Source: Burkholderiales bacterium (GTDB lineage: Bacteria; Pseudomonadota; Gammaproteobacteria; Burkholderiales; SG8-39). From it: DNA of 64,000 nt. The notes below the pieces were generated by a model that made no database searches, was not told the origin of the DNA, and saw only the letters and a program-made list of their open reading frames with translations. Positions 1 to 8,701 of this stretch are shown here, one piece after another (within the stretch, counting starts at the first letter, position 1; every line of letters starts with the position of its first letter). The stretch covers positions 1,419 to 65,418 of the forward strand of contig DASXAO010000089.1 of the NCBI GenBank assembly GCA_036406675.1. The letters run 5' to 3'. The position numbers were made by a program, and so were the translations under genes.

Positions 1-1164
1 GCGGCCACCCGGCGCGCCGCGACGCGGGCCGAGGTGGATTCGATGAAGCAGCTTCTCCTGGAGGCGATGCGCGCGGGCGCGATCGGGTTTTCCACCAGCA
101 CCTCGCCCGCGCACAACGGCGAGGGCGGGCTGCCGATGCCGTCGCGCCTTGCCGACGACGAGGAGCTGCGCGCGCTGGTCTCGAGCCTGAAGGATGCGGG
201 ACATGGCCTCTTCATGCTCACCAAGGGCGGCCACACCAGGATCTCCTTCCTCGAGGAGCTCGCCGCCGAATCGACCCGGCCGGTGGTGGTCGCGGCGCTG
301 CTTCACAGCAACACCAATCCCGACGCGGTGTTCGCGGACCTCGACGCCATCGCCCAGGCCAACGCGCGCGGCCGGCGCCTCGTCGGGGCGGTGTCGTGCT
401 GCCCGCTCGCGATGGATTTCACGCTGCGTTCCCCCTACACCTTCGAGGGGCTGGAGTCCTGGCAGCCGGCGCTCGCCTTGAAGGGCGCGGCCTACGAAGC
501 GAAGCTCGGCGAAAAGCGCTTCCGCGACGGCGTGCGCGAGGAGCTCGCGCGGCCCGCGCACTTTCGCCTCTTCAACGCCCAATGGGACAAGGTGCACGTG
601 ATCGAGTCCGCTCGCCGCGGCGTGGAGCAGCGCTCGGTCGGGGAGCTCGCGGGCGAAGCCGGCGCCGACCCGCTCGACTACATGCTCGACCTCGCGCTCG
701 AGGAGGGCCTGCGAACGGTGTTCAGCGCCCTGCTGCTCAACTCCGACGAGGAGGCGGTCGGTCGGATGCTGCGCCATCCGGCGAGCCTGGTGTCGCTTTC
801 CGACGCCGGGGCGCACCTCACCTTCTTCAACGACGCCGGCTTCGGCCTGCACCTCCTCGGCCACTGGGTGCGCGAGCGCGGCGCGCTTACCCTCGCCGAG
901 GCGGCGCGGCGGCTCACCAGCCACCCTGCGAGCGTATTCGGCATCCGGGAGCGCGGCGCGTTAAAACCCGGGTACTACGCCGACCTCTTGCTCTTCGACC
1001 CGGCAAAGGTGAACCGGGGCCCGAAGCAGAGGGTGTTCGACCTCCCGGGCGGCCACCCTCGCCTCACGACCGCCGCGGTCGGCGTCGAAGGCGTGTGGGT
1101 GAACGGGGTGCGCCTCGACGGACGCGCGCACCCCGGCCGGCTGCTGCGCGAATTTTCGGCGTAG
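1..1164 (+). CDS. N-acyl-D-amino-acid deacylase (D-aminoacylase) family amidohydrolase, C-terminal part; 5' end lies outside the window
   Basis: The frame of ORF 34..1164 stays open back to nt 1. Blocks GAIGFSTSTSP, LSDAGAHLTFFNDAGFGLHLLGHWVRERG and GALKPGYYADLLLFDP are typical of this family. Strong G/C third-position bias. Confidence 0.75.
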   Translation, partial: AATRRAATRAEVDSMKQLLLEAMRAGAIGFSTSTSPAHNGEGGLPMPSRLADDEELRALVSSLKDAGHGLFMLTKGGHTRISFLEELAAESTRPVVVAALLHSNTNPDAVFADLDAIAQANARGRRLVGAVSCCPLAMDFTLRSPYTFEGLESWQPALALKGAAYEAKLGEKRFRDGVREELARPAHFRLFNAQWDKVHVIESARRGVEQRSVGELAGEAGADPLDYMLDLALEEGLRTVFSALLLNSDEEAVGRMLRHPASLVSLSDAGAHLTFFNDAGFGLHLLGHWVRERGALTLAEAARRLTSHPASVFGIRERGALKPGYYADLLLFDPAKVNRGPKQRVFDLPGGHPRLTTAAVGVEGVWVNGVRLDGRAHPGRLLREFSA

Positions 1165-1176
1165 ACTCGCCCCGCC

Positions 1177-1740
1177 ATGTTCGCGCTGGAGCGTTTCATC
1201 GCCGACTGCCAGTCGGCGCACGCCGCCGAGCCGTCGCACAAGGCGGTGCGCGAGGTGCTCGCCCGGGCGCTCCAGGAGCCGCGTAGTGTTTTGAAAGGAT
1301 TGGGAGAACCGACTCGGGCGGGCATCGGCAGCCTCTACCGCTCGGCGGACCTGACGATCCTCAACGTGGTCTGGGCTCCCCGCATGACCGTCCCCCCGCA
1401 CAACCATCACATGTGGGCGGTGATCGGCATCTACACAGGACGCGAGGACAACATCTTCTGGCGCCGGCTTCCCGACGGCAGAGTCGAAGCTGCCGGCGCC
1501 CAGTCGCTGGGCGAGCGCGATGCGGCGCCGCTCGGCCGCGAGATCATCCACTCGGTGACCAACCCGATCGCGCGCCTCACCGGCGCGATCCACATTTACG
1601 GCGGCGACTTCTTCGCCGCCCAGCGCAGCGAGTGGGACGCGGAGACGCTTGCCGAGCAACCCCACGACTCGGCGAAGACGCTTCGTTACTTCGAGGAAGC
1701 CAACCGTAGTTTGGCGACGACAGGTGTATCCGTAGCTTAG
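1177..1740 (+). CDS. Cupin-fold metal-dependent protein (cysteine-dioxygenase-like double-stranded beta-helix family)
   Basis: His-rich cupin motifs PPHNHHMWAVIGIYTGREDNIFW and IHSVTNP...IHIYGGDF. 12-nt gap after the upstream gene. Confidence 0.7.
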   Translation: MFALERFIADCQSAHAAEPSHKAVREVLARALQEPRSVLKGLGEPTRAGIGSLYRSADLTILNVVWAPRMTVPPHNHHMWAVIGIYTGREDNIFWRRLPDGRVEAAGAQSLGERDAAPLGREIIHSVTNPIARLTGAIHIYGGDFFAAQRSEWDAETLAEQPHDSAKTLRYFEEANRSLATTGVSVA

Positions 1741-1913
1741 ACAACGGTTTAGGTTTGCAACGCAAGTTCGCTGTCGCCATACACCGACAGTCGCGGCCAG
1801 ACCAAAACCCCTAAGCGTTTTCAGTCAAAGAGTTATCCCCAGGCTGAGACAGGCACGGATCGTGCGTCCCAGTACTCGCTGTCCCATCTTTTACTACGAC
1901 TAGGGAGTACACA

Positions 1914-2426
1914 GTGCTACAGAAAGACGGGTTCTTCCGCCGGCGCGAAGAAGGTCAGTTCCGGCCACAAAACCAACCAATCAACCCGGCGCCCGCGACT
2001 CCCAATGCCGCAGCGCCCATGCCCACCGAAACCCGCGCGGAGCAGCGCCCCGCAGCCGACGAGCGCAAGGAAGCGAAGCTCGTCGTCGGCCCGCAGATCA
2101 AGATCAAGGGCGTCGAGATCAGCGATTGCGACACCCTGGTGGTCGAGGGGCGCATCGAGGCGACGCTCGACTCGCGCGTGCTCGAGATCACCGAGAACGG
2201 CGTGTTCCAGGGCACGATCGCGGTGGACAACGCCGAAGTGCACGGCAAGTTCGAGGGCGAGCTGACCGTGCGCAAGCAGCTCATCATCCACGCCACGGGG
2301 CGCGTGTCGGGCAAGATCCGCTACGCCAAGATCAAGGTCGAGGAAGGCGCGGAGCTCTCCGGCGACCTGCAGGTGCTCGACCGCAGCGCGGTCGCGGCGC
2401 CTCGTCGCGTCAGCAACGCGGCGTAA
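1914..2426 (+). CDS. Bactofilin (CcmA/DUF583) polymer-forming cytoskeletal protein
   Basis: GTG start. Pro/Ala-rich N-terminus followed by a beta-helical repeat core (KIKGVEISDCDTLVVEGRIEATL, VHGKFEGELTV, ATGRVSGKIRYAKIKVEEGAELSGDLQVL). Confidence 0.8.
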   Translation: MLQKDGFFRRREEGQFRPQNQPINPAPATPNAAAPMPTETRAEQRPAADERKEAKLVVGPQIKIKGVEISDCDTLVVEGRIEATLDSRVLEITENGVFQGTIAVDNAEVHGKFEGELTVRKQLIIHATGRVSGKIRYAKIKVEEGAELSGDLQVLDRSAVAAPRRVSNAA

Positions 2427-2479
2427 AGGCTCCCTAGCAGTAGGCAGTACCCCGCAGCACCCGTTGTACGCAGCACGCG

Positions 2480-2517
2480 AAACCCCGGTGCCCCCAGCAC
2501 CGGGGTTTCGTATTTTG
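2480..2517. terminator. Probable bidirectional rho-independent terminator
   Basis: Inverted repeat ccccggtgc / gcaccgggg with A residues upstream and tttcgtatttt downstream. Lies between the convergent bactofilin and M24 genes. Confidence 0.6.
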
Positions 2518-2526
2518 TGGCCGCGC

Positions 2527-3786
2527 TTACGCGAGGAGCGGCTCGTAGCCCCAGCCGAAGAGCGGCTCGCCGCCCTGCTCGGTGATGAGAACCACCTCCT
2601 CGAGCCACGCCCGGCTGCTTTCTCCGCCGGGATAGACCATGTGCAGCGGCACGACCATTCGCGCCTCGAAGCGCCAATCGGCGGTGGCTTGCTCGACGTC
2701 CATGTGCGAGAGGCCGAGACCGTGGAAGAAGACGATGGCGGCATCGGCTTCGGCGACGCCCGCCTTCCGATAGAGATCGCGGCCCCGGCCCTGAAGCTCG
2801 CTCGGCCGGCGCCCGGGCTTCATTTCTGCAACGAGCTGCTCGGCGACCTGCGCCGTAGCGCGAAGGTTGCGCTTGCCTTCGGCGCCAGGCTCGCCGCCGA
2901 CCACCCACGTCTTGCCGCCGTCCCAGCAATAAAGGTCGAGCGTACCGTGGCAGTCGAACATGACGTGCATGCCGCGCTCCACCTCGAAGTCTTCGAGGCC
3001 GGTCTGCAGCGTGAGCGCGGCCTCGGCTCCGCGCGGATGACCCCACACCATCGCGCCCGGGTCGCGCACGAAACCGCCGAGATCCGCCACCGCGCGATGA
3101 TAGGCGCGGTTCAGCGCCCGCCAGCGCATGCCCTTTTCCCAGGATTTGACGGTGCGCTCGATCGCCTCGCGATTGAGCGCGGTGGCGCGGCGCAGAAGCT
3201 GGATCTCCGTGGGCGTCTTGACCGCGCGCGCATACATGAGCGTGTCGTACGCATCCACTACCGATGAAGATTCCAACCCCAGCCGGGACCCGAGCGCGAG
3301 ATCGTCTAACCCCATCCGGCTATGTTGGAGATGAAGGTCGGCGAGCGCGCCGCGCAGGGCCGAGGCCATGTCGAACGCGTAGCGCTCGCGCGCGTTGCGC
3401 ACCCAGTCGATCGCGGCTGCAGCCCGGGGAATGAACCGGTCTATGTCGTGCCGCTGCGGCGCACGGTCGAGCGGCATCATCACCGCGCGGAACGGCCGGA
3501 TGTCGCGCACCCAGCTCGGCTGGGAGAGGAAGGTCGCGAGGTAGTAGTCGGCGAGCACCACGATCGGATGATCCGGCGCGTGCCGCGAAAGCACGACGGC
3601 ATAGGGCCGGGGCTCGTCGGCCTTGTGCGCGATGCCGTTGAACCCGCAAAGGTAGAAAACGTCGAGCGGGCTCGAAAGCACCAGGCCATCGAGCCCGCGC
3701 GCCTCCATCGCCGCGAGCAGCCGCTCCAGGTTGCAGAAGCGTTCGGGCAGCGGCTTGCGCGCAAAGCTGTTGTGCATGCAAACCAA
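2527..3786 (-). CDS. M24 family metallopeptidase (Xaa-Pro peptidase / creatinase-like)
   Basis: Creatinase/prolidase-type N-domain (GLDGLVLSSPLDVFYLCGF) and pita-bread core (MFDCHGTLDLYCWDGGKTWVVG, FFHGLGLSHMD, WLEEVVLITEQG). The start could also be the ATG at 3777. Confidence 0.8.
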   Translation of the reverse strand: MVCMHNSFARKPLPERFCNLERLLAAMEARGLDGLVLSSPLDVFYLCGFNGIAHKADEPRPYAVVLSRHAPDHPIVVLADYYLATFLSQPSWVRDIRPFRAVMMPLDRAPQRHDIDRFIPRAAAAIDWVRNARERYAFDMASALRGALADLHLQHSRMGLDDLALGSRLGLESSSVVDAYDTLMYARAVKTPTEIQLLRRATALNREAIERTVKSWEKGMRWRALNRAYHRAVADLGGFVRDPGAMVWGHPRGAEAALTLQTGLEDFEVERGMHVMFDCHGTLDLYCWDGGKTWVVGGEPGAEGKRNLRATAQVAEQLVAEMKPGRRPSELQGRGRDLYRKAGVAEADAAIVFFHGLGLSHMDVEQATADWRFEARMVVPLHMVYPGGESSRAWLEEVVLITEQGGEPLFGWGYEPLLA

Positions 3787-3798
3787 TGATGCCAGTAT

Positions 3799-4457
3799 TT
3801 GCCGATGCTTTCGCCGGTCCTGACGGCGCTCACGGCAGCGGCGCTCGCGCTTTGCCTGCTGGAGCCCGCCTGGGGACAGCGCAACGCATTCGTCGTGCCC
3901 TACACCGGCACGCTGAAGAAGGTGAACGAGAGCGGGATGCTGCGCATCGGCTATCGCGAGAATTCGCCGACCTGGAGTGCGGCTCCACCACCAACAACCT
4001 CGAGCGGCGCAAGGTCGCCGCGTTCTCGCCCACCATGTTCGTGACCGGGACGAAGCTCCTGGTGCGCCGGGACAGCGGCATCCGATATTTCGGCGACCTG
4101 CACGGCAAGACGGTCGTGCTCACGCGCGGCACGGTTCAGGCGCAGGCGATTCCCAGGCTCGCCGACGACGACGTCCAGCTCTACGGCATGCTCGCCGATA
4201 CGAAGTCCGGGAGCGCCTACCGCGTGGTCGGAGAGTTCCTGACCTATGCCGACTACGCCCTCATGCTGCGCAAGGACGATCCGGATTTCGCGGCCGTGGT
4301 CGAGCGGGCGTTCGCCCGGCTCGCCGAGAGCCGCGAGATCGTCGCGATCTACGAAAAGTGGTTTTTGAGACCTCTGCCGTCGGGCGTGCGGCTCAACCTG
4401 CCCATGAGCCCGCACCTGGCGGAGCTGTTCCGAGTACAGGGCCTGCCCACGGACTAA
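3799..4457 (+). pseudogene. Disrupted glutamate/aspartate-type ABC substrate-binding protein (GltI-like)
   Basis: Signal peptide plus GTLKKVNESGMLRIGYRENSP in one frame (3799..4044). Homology resumes in another frame at about 3961 (DLECGSTTNNLERRKVAAFSPTMFVTGTKLL ... MLRKDDPDF ... KWF). Two internal segments expected from E. coli GltI are missing. Confidence 0.7.
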
Positions 4458-4461
4458 CCCC

Positions 4462-5799
4462 ATGAAAAAACCTCTCTACAAGAGCCTCTACTTCCAGGTG
4501 GTGGTGGCGATCGTGGTCGGCATCCTGCTCGGCTACTTCTACCCGGAGACCGGCTCCGCGATGAAGCCGCTCGGCGACGGCTTCATCAAGCTGATCAAGA
4601 TGATCATCGCGCCGATCATTTTCTGCACCGTCGTGGTCGGCATCGCCGGCATGGAAAGCATGAAGACCGTCGGCAAGACCGGCGGCTACGCGCTGCTCTA
4701 CTTCGAGGCGGTGAGCACCCTCGCGCTGATCGTGGGCCTCTTCATGATCAACATCCTGCAGCCCGGCGCCGGAATGAACGTCGACCCGGCGAGCCTCGAC
4801 ACCAAGTCCGTCGCGCAGTACGCGGCGCCGGGCAAGATGCAGTCGACCACCGACTTCCTGCTGAACGTCATTCCCAACACCGTGGTGGACGCCTTCGCCA
4901 AGGGCGAGATTCTGCAGGTGCTGCTGTTCTCGGTGCTCTTCGGCTTCGCCCTGCACGCGTTCGGCGCCAAGGGCAAGCCGGTGTTCGAGCTCATCGACAA
5001 GGTCTCGCACATCCTGTTCGGCATCGTCGGCATCATCATGCGCGTGGCGCCGGTCGGCGCGTTCGGCGCCATGGCCTTCACCATCGGCAAGTACGGCGTC
5101 GGCACGCTGCTCTCCCTCGCCAAGCTGATGGGCGTCTTCTATGCGACCTGCCTGTTCTTCATCTTCGTGGTGCTGGGAATCATCGCCAGGCTGCACGGCT
5201 TCAGCGTCTGGAAGTTCATCAAGTACATCAAGGAGGAGCTGTTCATCGTGCTCGGCACCTCGTCGTCCGAGTCGGTGCTGCCGCGCATGATCGCGAAGCT
5301 GGAGAACCTGGGCGTCAAGAAGTCGGTCGTGGGACTCGTGATCCCGACCGGCTACTCCTTCAACCTCGACGGGACCTCGATCTACCTCACGATGGCGGCG
5401 GTGTTCATCGCGCAGGCCACCAACACGCCGTTGACGCTCGTCCAGGAGCTCACGCTGCTCGGGGTGTTGCTGCTCACGTCCAAGGGGGCGGCCGGCGTGA
5501 CCGGCAGCGGCTTCATCGTCCTCGCCGCCACGCTCTCGGCCGTGGGCCACGTGCCGGTCGCGGGGCTCGCCCTGATCCTCGGCATCGACCGCTTCATGTC
5601 CGAGGCGCGCGCGCTCACCAATCTGGTCGGCAACGGCGTCGCCACGGTCGTCGTCGGGCGCTGGTGCGGGGAGCTGGACGAGGCGCGGATGCGCCGCATG
5701 CTCGACCGCGAGAACGCCGAAGAAGCGGAGGACCCGGAACGGGTGCTGGTCGAGCACGAAGAAGGCGGCAAGCTCAGCCCCGCGGCGCTGCACCGGTAA
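4462..5799 (+). CDS. dctA: C4-dicarboxylate:cation symporter DctA (DAACS family)
   Basis: Near-colinear match by eye to E. coli DctA ([121 protein letters not shown]). Confidence 0.95.
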   Translation: MKKPLYKSLYFQVVVAIVVGILLGYFYPETGSAMKPLGDGFIKLIKMIIAPIIFCTVVVGIAGMESMKTVGKTGGYALLYFEAVSTLALIVGLFMINILQPGAGMNVDPASLDTKSVAQYAAPGKMQSTTDFLLNVIPNTVVDAFAKGEILQVLLFSVLFGFALHAFGAKGKPVFELIDKVSHILFGIVGIIMRVAPVGAFGAMAFTIGKYGVGTLLSLAKLMGVFYATCLFFIFVVLGIIARLHGFSVWKFIKYIKEELFIVLGTSSSESVLPRMIAKLENLGVKKSVVGLVIPTGYSFNLDGTSIYLTMAAVFIAQATNTPLTLVQELTLLGVLLLTSKGAAGVTGSGFIVLAATLSAVGHVPVAGLALILGIDRFMSEARALTNLVGNGVATVVVGRWCGELDEARMRRMLDRENAEEAEDPERVLVEHEEGGKLSPAALHR

Positions 5800-5816
5800 C
5801 CGGCCGGGGGCGAGCG

Positions 5817-6794
5817 TCAATCGCCCTTGATCTTCGCGTCCTTGACGAGCTTCGCGAGCGCGGCGTAGTCCTCGCGGTTCAGCCGGTCGAGCTCCTGCGG
5901 CGCGCTGACGCGCGGCGTCGCGCCGTGCTTGGCGAGCAGGTCCCGCACCTCCGGCTCTGCCAGGATCTCGCGGAACGCGGCGTTGTACCGGGCGACGACG
6001 CCCGGCGCCATGCCGGCCGGCCCCCAGGCCGAGAACCACGAGTAGTAGTCGAAATCCTTTACGCCCTGCTCGTGCAGCGACGCGAGCTCCGGCGCGAGCG
6101 GCGAGCGCTCGCGCGCCGAGCCCGCGATCGGGCGGATCTTGCCGGAGCCGCCGAGCGTAAGGGCCGTGCCGAGCGGCACGAACATGGTGGCGATCTGGCC
6201 GCCCATGAGGTCGGTAAACGCGGGCGCCGACCCCTTGTAAGGGATGTGCGTGAGCTCGAGGCCGGTGCGCAGCTTGAGCGACTCCATCAGGAGGTGGTGG
6301 TGAGTGCCGTTGCCGGGCGAGCCGTAGTTCGCTTTCGGGCCCGCGCGCTTCGCCCAGTCGAAGAACTCGGCGAAGTTCTTCGCCGGCACGGACGGATGCA
6401 CCGCCAGCGCGAAGATGTTCTGCGCCACGAGAGTGATCGGCGTGAAACTGTTGAGGATGTCGAAGTCGATCTTGAAGAACAGCGGCAGCGTGAGGGTCGA
6501 GTTGACGCTGATGGTGATGGTGTGGCCGTCGGGCGGCGCCTTCGCCACCGCGTCCAGCCCGATGGCGCCGCCCGCGCCGCCGCGGTTCTCCACCACGAAG
6601 GGCTGGTTCCACTTCGCCTGCATGCGCGGGGCGAGGGTGCGCGCGAGAAGGTCGGGGGTCGTGGCCGCGGTCTGGCCGAGGATGATGCGCACCGGGCGGC
6701 TCGACAGGCCTTGCGCCCGTGCCCGGAACGGCCGCGCGAGCAATGCAGCAGTGCCACCGAGGAGCAATTGACGCCGCCGGCTATTGAGTGTCAT
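5817..6794 (-). CDS. Bug-family (TctC-like) tripartite tricarboxylate transporter substrate-binding protein
   Basis: Tat-like leader MTLNSRRRQLLLGG. Family blocks FVVENRGGAGGAIG, PPDGHT, NYGSPGNGTHHHL, HIPYKGSAPA. Start set at ATG 6794 rather than the ORF-track 6890. Confidence 0.9.
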   Translation of the reverse strand: MTLNSRRRQLLLGGTAALLARPFRARAQGLSSRPVRIILGQTAATTPDLLARTLAPRMQAKWNQPFVVENRGGAGGAIGLDAVAKAPPDGHTITISVNSTLTLPLFFKIDFDILNSFTPITLVAQNIFALAVHPSVPAKNFAEFFDWAKRAGPKANYGSPGNGTHHHLLMESLKLRTGLELTHIPYKGSAPAFTDLMGGQIATMFVPLGTALTLGGSGKIRPIAGSARERSPLAPELASLHEQGVKDFDYYSWFSAWGPAGMAPGVVARYNAAFREILAEPEVRDLLAKHGATPRVSAPQELDRLNREDYAALAKLVKDAKIKGD

Positions 6795-6824
6795 GGTGTG
6801 TAGAGTAGCAGGGAGGAGGAAGCC

Positions 6825-8252
6825 ATGAAGCGTTCCCCAGCGGATATCCGGGCCGAGCTCGGGCATCCCGTGATCGACGGCGACGGCCATTGGCTAGAGC
6901 CGATCCCGGTATTTCTCGAATATCTGCGCGACGTCGGCGGCGCGCAAGCCGTCGACGAGGTCCGCGCGCTGTGGCGACGCAACGACGAGTGGTATCGCAG
7001 CGACTGGCCCGAGCGCCAGCACAAGCGGCTGCGCCGCGCGATCTGGTGGGGTGTCACGGCCAACACGCGCGACAAGGCCACCGCGCTGCTCCCCGCGCTG
7101 CTGAACGAGCGCCTGCCGGAGCTGGGCATCGATTTCGCCATCATCTACCCGAGCTTCGGCCTCACGATCAACAGCATCCAGCCGGACGAGCTGCACGGCC
7201 ACGCCGCGCGCGCCTACAACTGGATGACGGCCGACATGTTCGCGCCCTACCGCAGCCGCATGGCGCCCGCGGCGATCATCCCCGCCCGGACTCCGGCTCA
7301 GGCAATCGCCGAGCTCGACTACGCGGTCGGCAAGCTCGGCTTCCGCGTGATCATGCTTCGAGGCAATCAGGAACGGCCAATCCCTGCCGCCGCCGAGGGA
7401 ATCGACGCGCGGAAGGCAGCGTGGTACTGCGACAACATCGCCCTCGACAGCCCGTACGACTACGAGCCTTTCTGGCAGCGCTGCGAAGAGCTCGGGGTCG
7501 CGGTGACTCAGCACTCGGGCAGCCCGCGCTGGCAGGACCGAGCCTCGATCAGCAACTTTACCTACAACCACGTCGGGCACTTCGCCGAGGCGAACCATGC
7601 CTTCGCGCGCGGCGTCTTCCTGGGCGGCGTCGTCCGGCGCCATCCGCGCCTGAATTTCGGTTTCATGGAAGGCGGGGTGAGCTGGGCCTGCCAGATGTAC
7701 CTCGACATGGTCGAGCACTGGGAGAAGCGCCGCCGCGCCGGGCTGCAGTATCCGGATGCGACCGACGTGGCGGAGCTGCACCGGCTCATCCGCGACTACG
7801 GAGACGACCGGTTGAAGGCCAACGCCGGCGCGATCATGCAGAGCCTGGACGCCTTCCGGCCCGAGTGCAGCCTGGAGGAGCTCTTGCGGCCCGAGCACGT
7901 CCACGACGACTTCGCCGCCTCGGGCGTCGAATCGAAGAACGACCTGCGCTCGGCGTTCGACCACTACTACTTCGGCTGCGAGGCCGACGATCGCGCCACG
8001 ATGTGGGCGTTCGACGAGCGCCTGGGCGCGCGGCTGCGGCCGATCTTCAGCTCGGACTTCACCCATTTCGACGTGCCCGACTTCGAGGAAGTGGTGCCCG
8101 AGGCGTTCGAGATGCTCGAGCGCGGCTTCATGAGCGCGCGCGACTTCCGCGAGTTCACCTTCACCAACGCCGCGCGGCTGCACACGCGCAACAATCCCGG
8201 CTTTTTTGCCGGGACGGCGGTGGAGCGCGCGGTGGCCGAAGAACTCGGCTAG
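6825..8252 (+). CDS. Amidohydrolase_2 (ACMSD/decarboxylase-like) family protein, long 475-aa form
   Basis: N-terminal metal motif VIDGDGHWLEP, TIM-barrel hydrolase blocks (GIDFAIIYPS, GFRVIMLRG, VTQHSG) and C-terminal FSSDFTHFD. Confidence 0.8.
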   Translation: MKRSPADIRAELGHPVIDGDGHWLEPIPVFLEYLRDVGGAQAVDEVRALWRRNDEWYRSDWPERQHKRLRRAIWWGVTANTRDKATALLPALLNERLPELGIDFAIIYPSFGLTINSIQPDELHGHAARAYNWMTADMFAPYRSRMAPAAIIPARTPAQAIAELDYAVGKLGFRVIMLRGNQERPIPAAAEGIDARKAAWYCDNIALDSPYDYEPFWQRCEELGVAVTQHSGSPRWQDRASISNFTYNHVGHFAEANHAFARGVFLGGVVRRHPRLNFGFMEGGVSWACQMYLDMVEHWEKRRRAGLQYPDATDVAELHRLIRDYGDDRLKANAGAIMQSLDAFRPECSLEELLRPEHVHDDFAASGVESKNDLRSAFDHYYFGCEADDRATMWAFDERLGARLRPIFSSDFTHFDVPDFEEVVPEAFEMLERGFMSARDFREFTFTNAARLHTRNNPGFFAGTAVERAVAEELG

Positions 8253-8701
8253 TGGTCATGATCATGGCCGTGATCGTGGCCATGATCATGATCGTGATCG
8301 TGATGATGATGGTGATGGTGCGGCGCCTGGCCGAGGTCGGGCTCGAAAGGCGCCTCGACCTGCGACACCTTGACGCCGAGGCTCGGGAAAGCCTCTTCCA
8401 GCTCGGGAACGTGGAGGATGCGCACGAACCCCTTGCCGATTTGCGCCGGGACGTGACCGTTGCCCAGGACGTAGCCGACGATCGCCGCCTCGCGCGGCGC
8501 CGGGCATTCTATGTGAAGGAGCTTCTCGGGCTGGGCGACGATCTCGTAGACCTGCCCGTCGTCGCCGGTGGCAAGGTCGCCGCTCCGCAGCGCCTCGCCC
8601 TTGGGAAGCTGGCGCGCGGCGTAGGGCAGCGTGAGCTTGCCCTTGACCTCGAGCTTGTACGCGGTGCGCGAGGTCTTCAGCTTGGCGACGAGCCGGGTCA
8701 T
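8249..8701 (-). CDS. UreE-like metallochaperone with His/Asp-rich C-terminal tail
   Basis: 150 aa starting at MTRLVAKL. GYVLGNGHVPAQI and QVEAPFEPDLG resemble the UreE GNRH.P and PFEPE blocks. The tail is HHHHHHHDHDHDHGHDHGHDHDH. The ATG overlaps the upstream stop (ATGA). Confidence 0.7.
   Translation of the reverse strand: MTRLVAKLKTSRTAYKLEVKGKLTLPYAARQLPKGEALRSGDLATGDDGQVYEIVAQPEKLLHIECPAPREAAIVGYVLGNGHVPAQIGKGFVRILHVPELEEAFPSLGVKVSQVEAPFEPDLGQAPHHHHHHHDHDHDHGHDHGHDHDH

Noticed and set aside
1741-1913. 173-bp lower-GC spacer upstream of the bactofilin gene, examined for a tRNA, sRNA or riboswitch.
   Set aside because: It contains only a 6-bp hairpin (ctgtcg...cgacag), no T-tract and no tRNA-like conserved elements. 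It is most simply a promoter or leader region.
3786-4457. 223-aa ORF taken as an intact binding-protein gene.
   Set aside because: Its first 60 or so codons are junk without a signal peptide. The true N-terminus with a signal peptide is in a different frame (3799..4044). It is better explained as one frameshifted, internally deleted pseudogene.
8252-8325. Short periodic repeats, examined as a possible CRISPR-like or microsatellite array.
   Set aside because: The repeat units are 3-6 nt with no spacers, and they lie entirely within the His/Asp tail coding region of the UreE-like gene.
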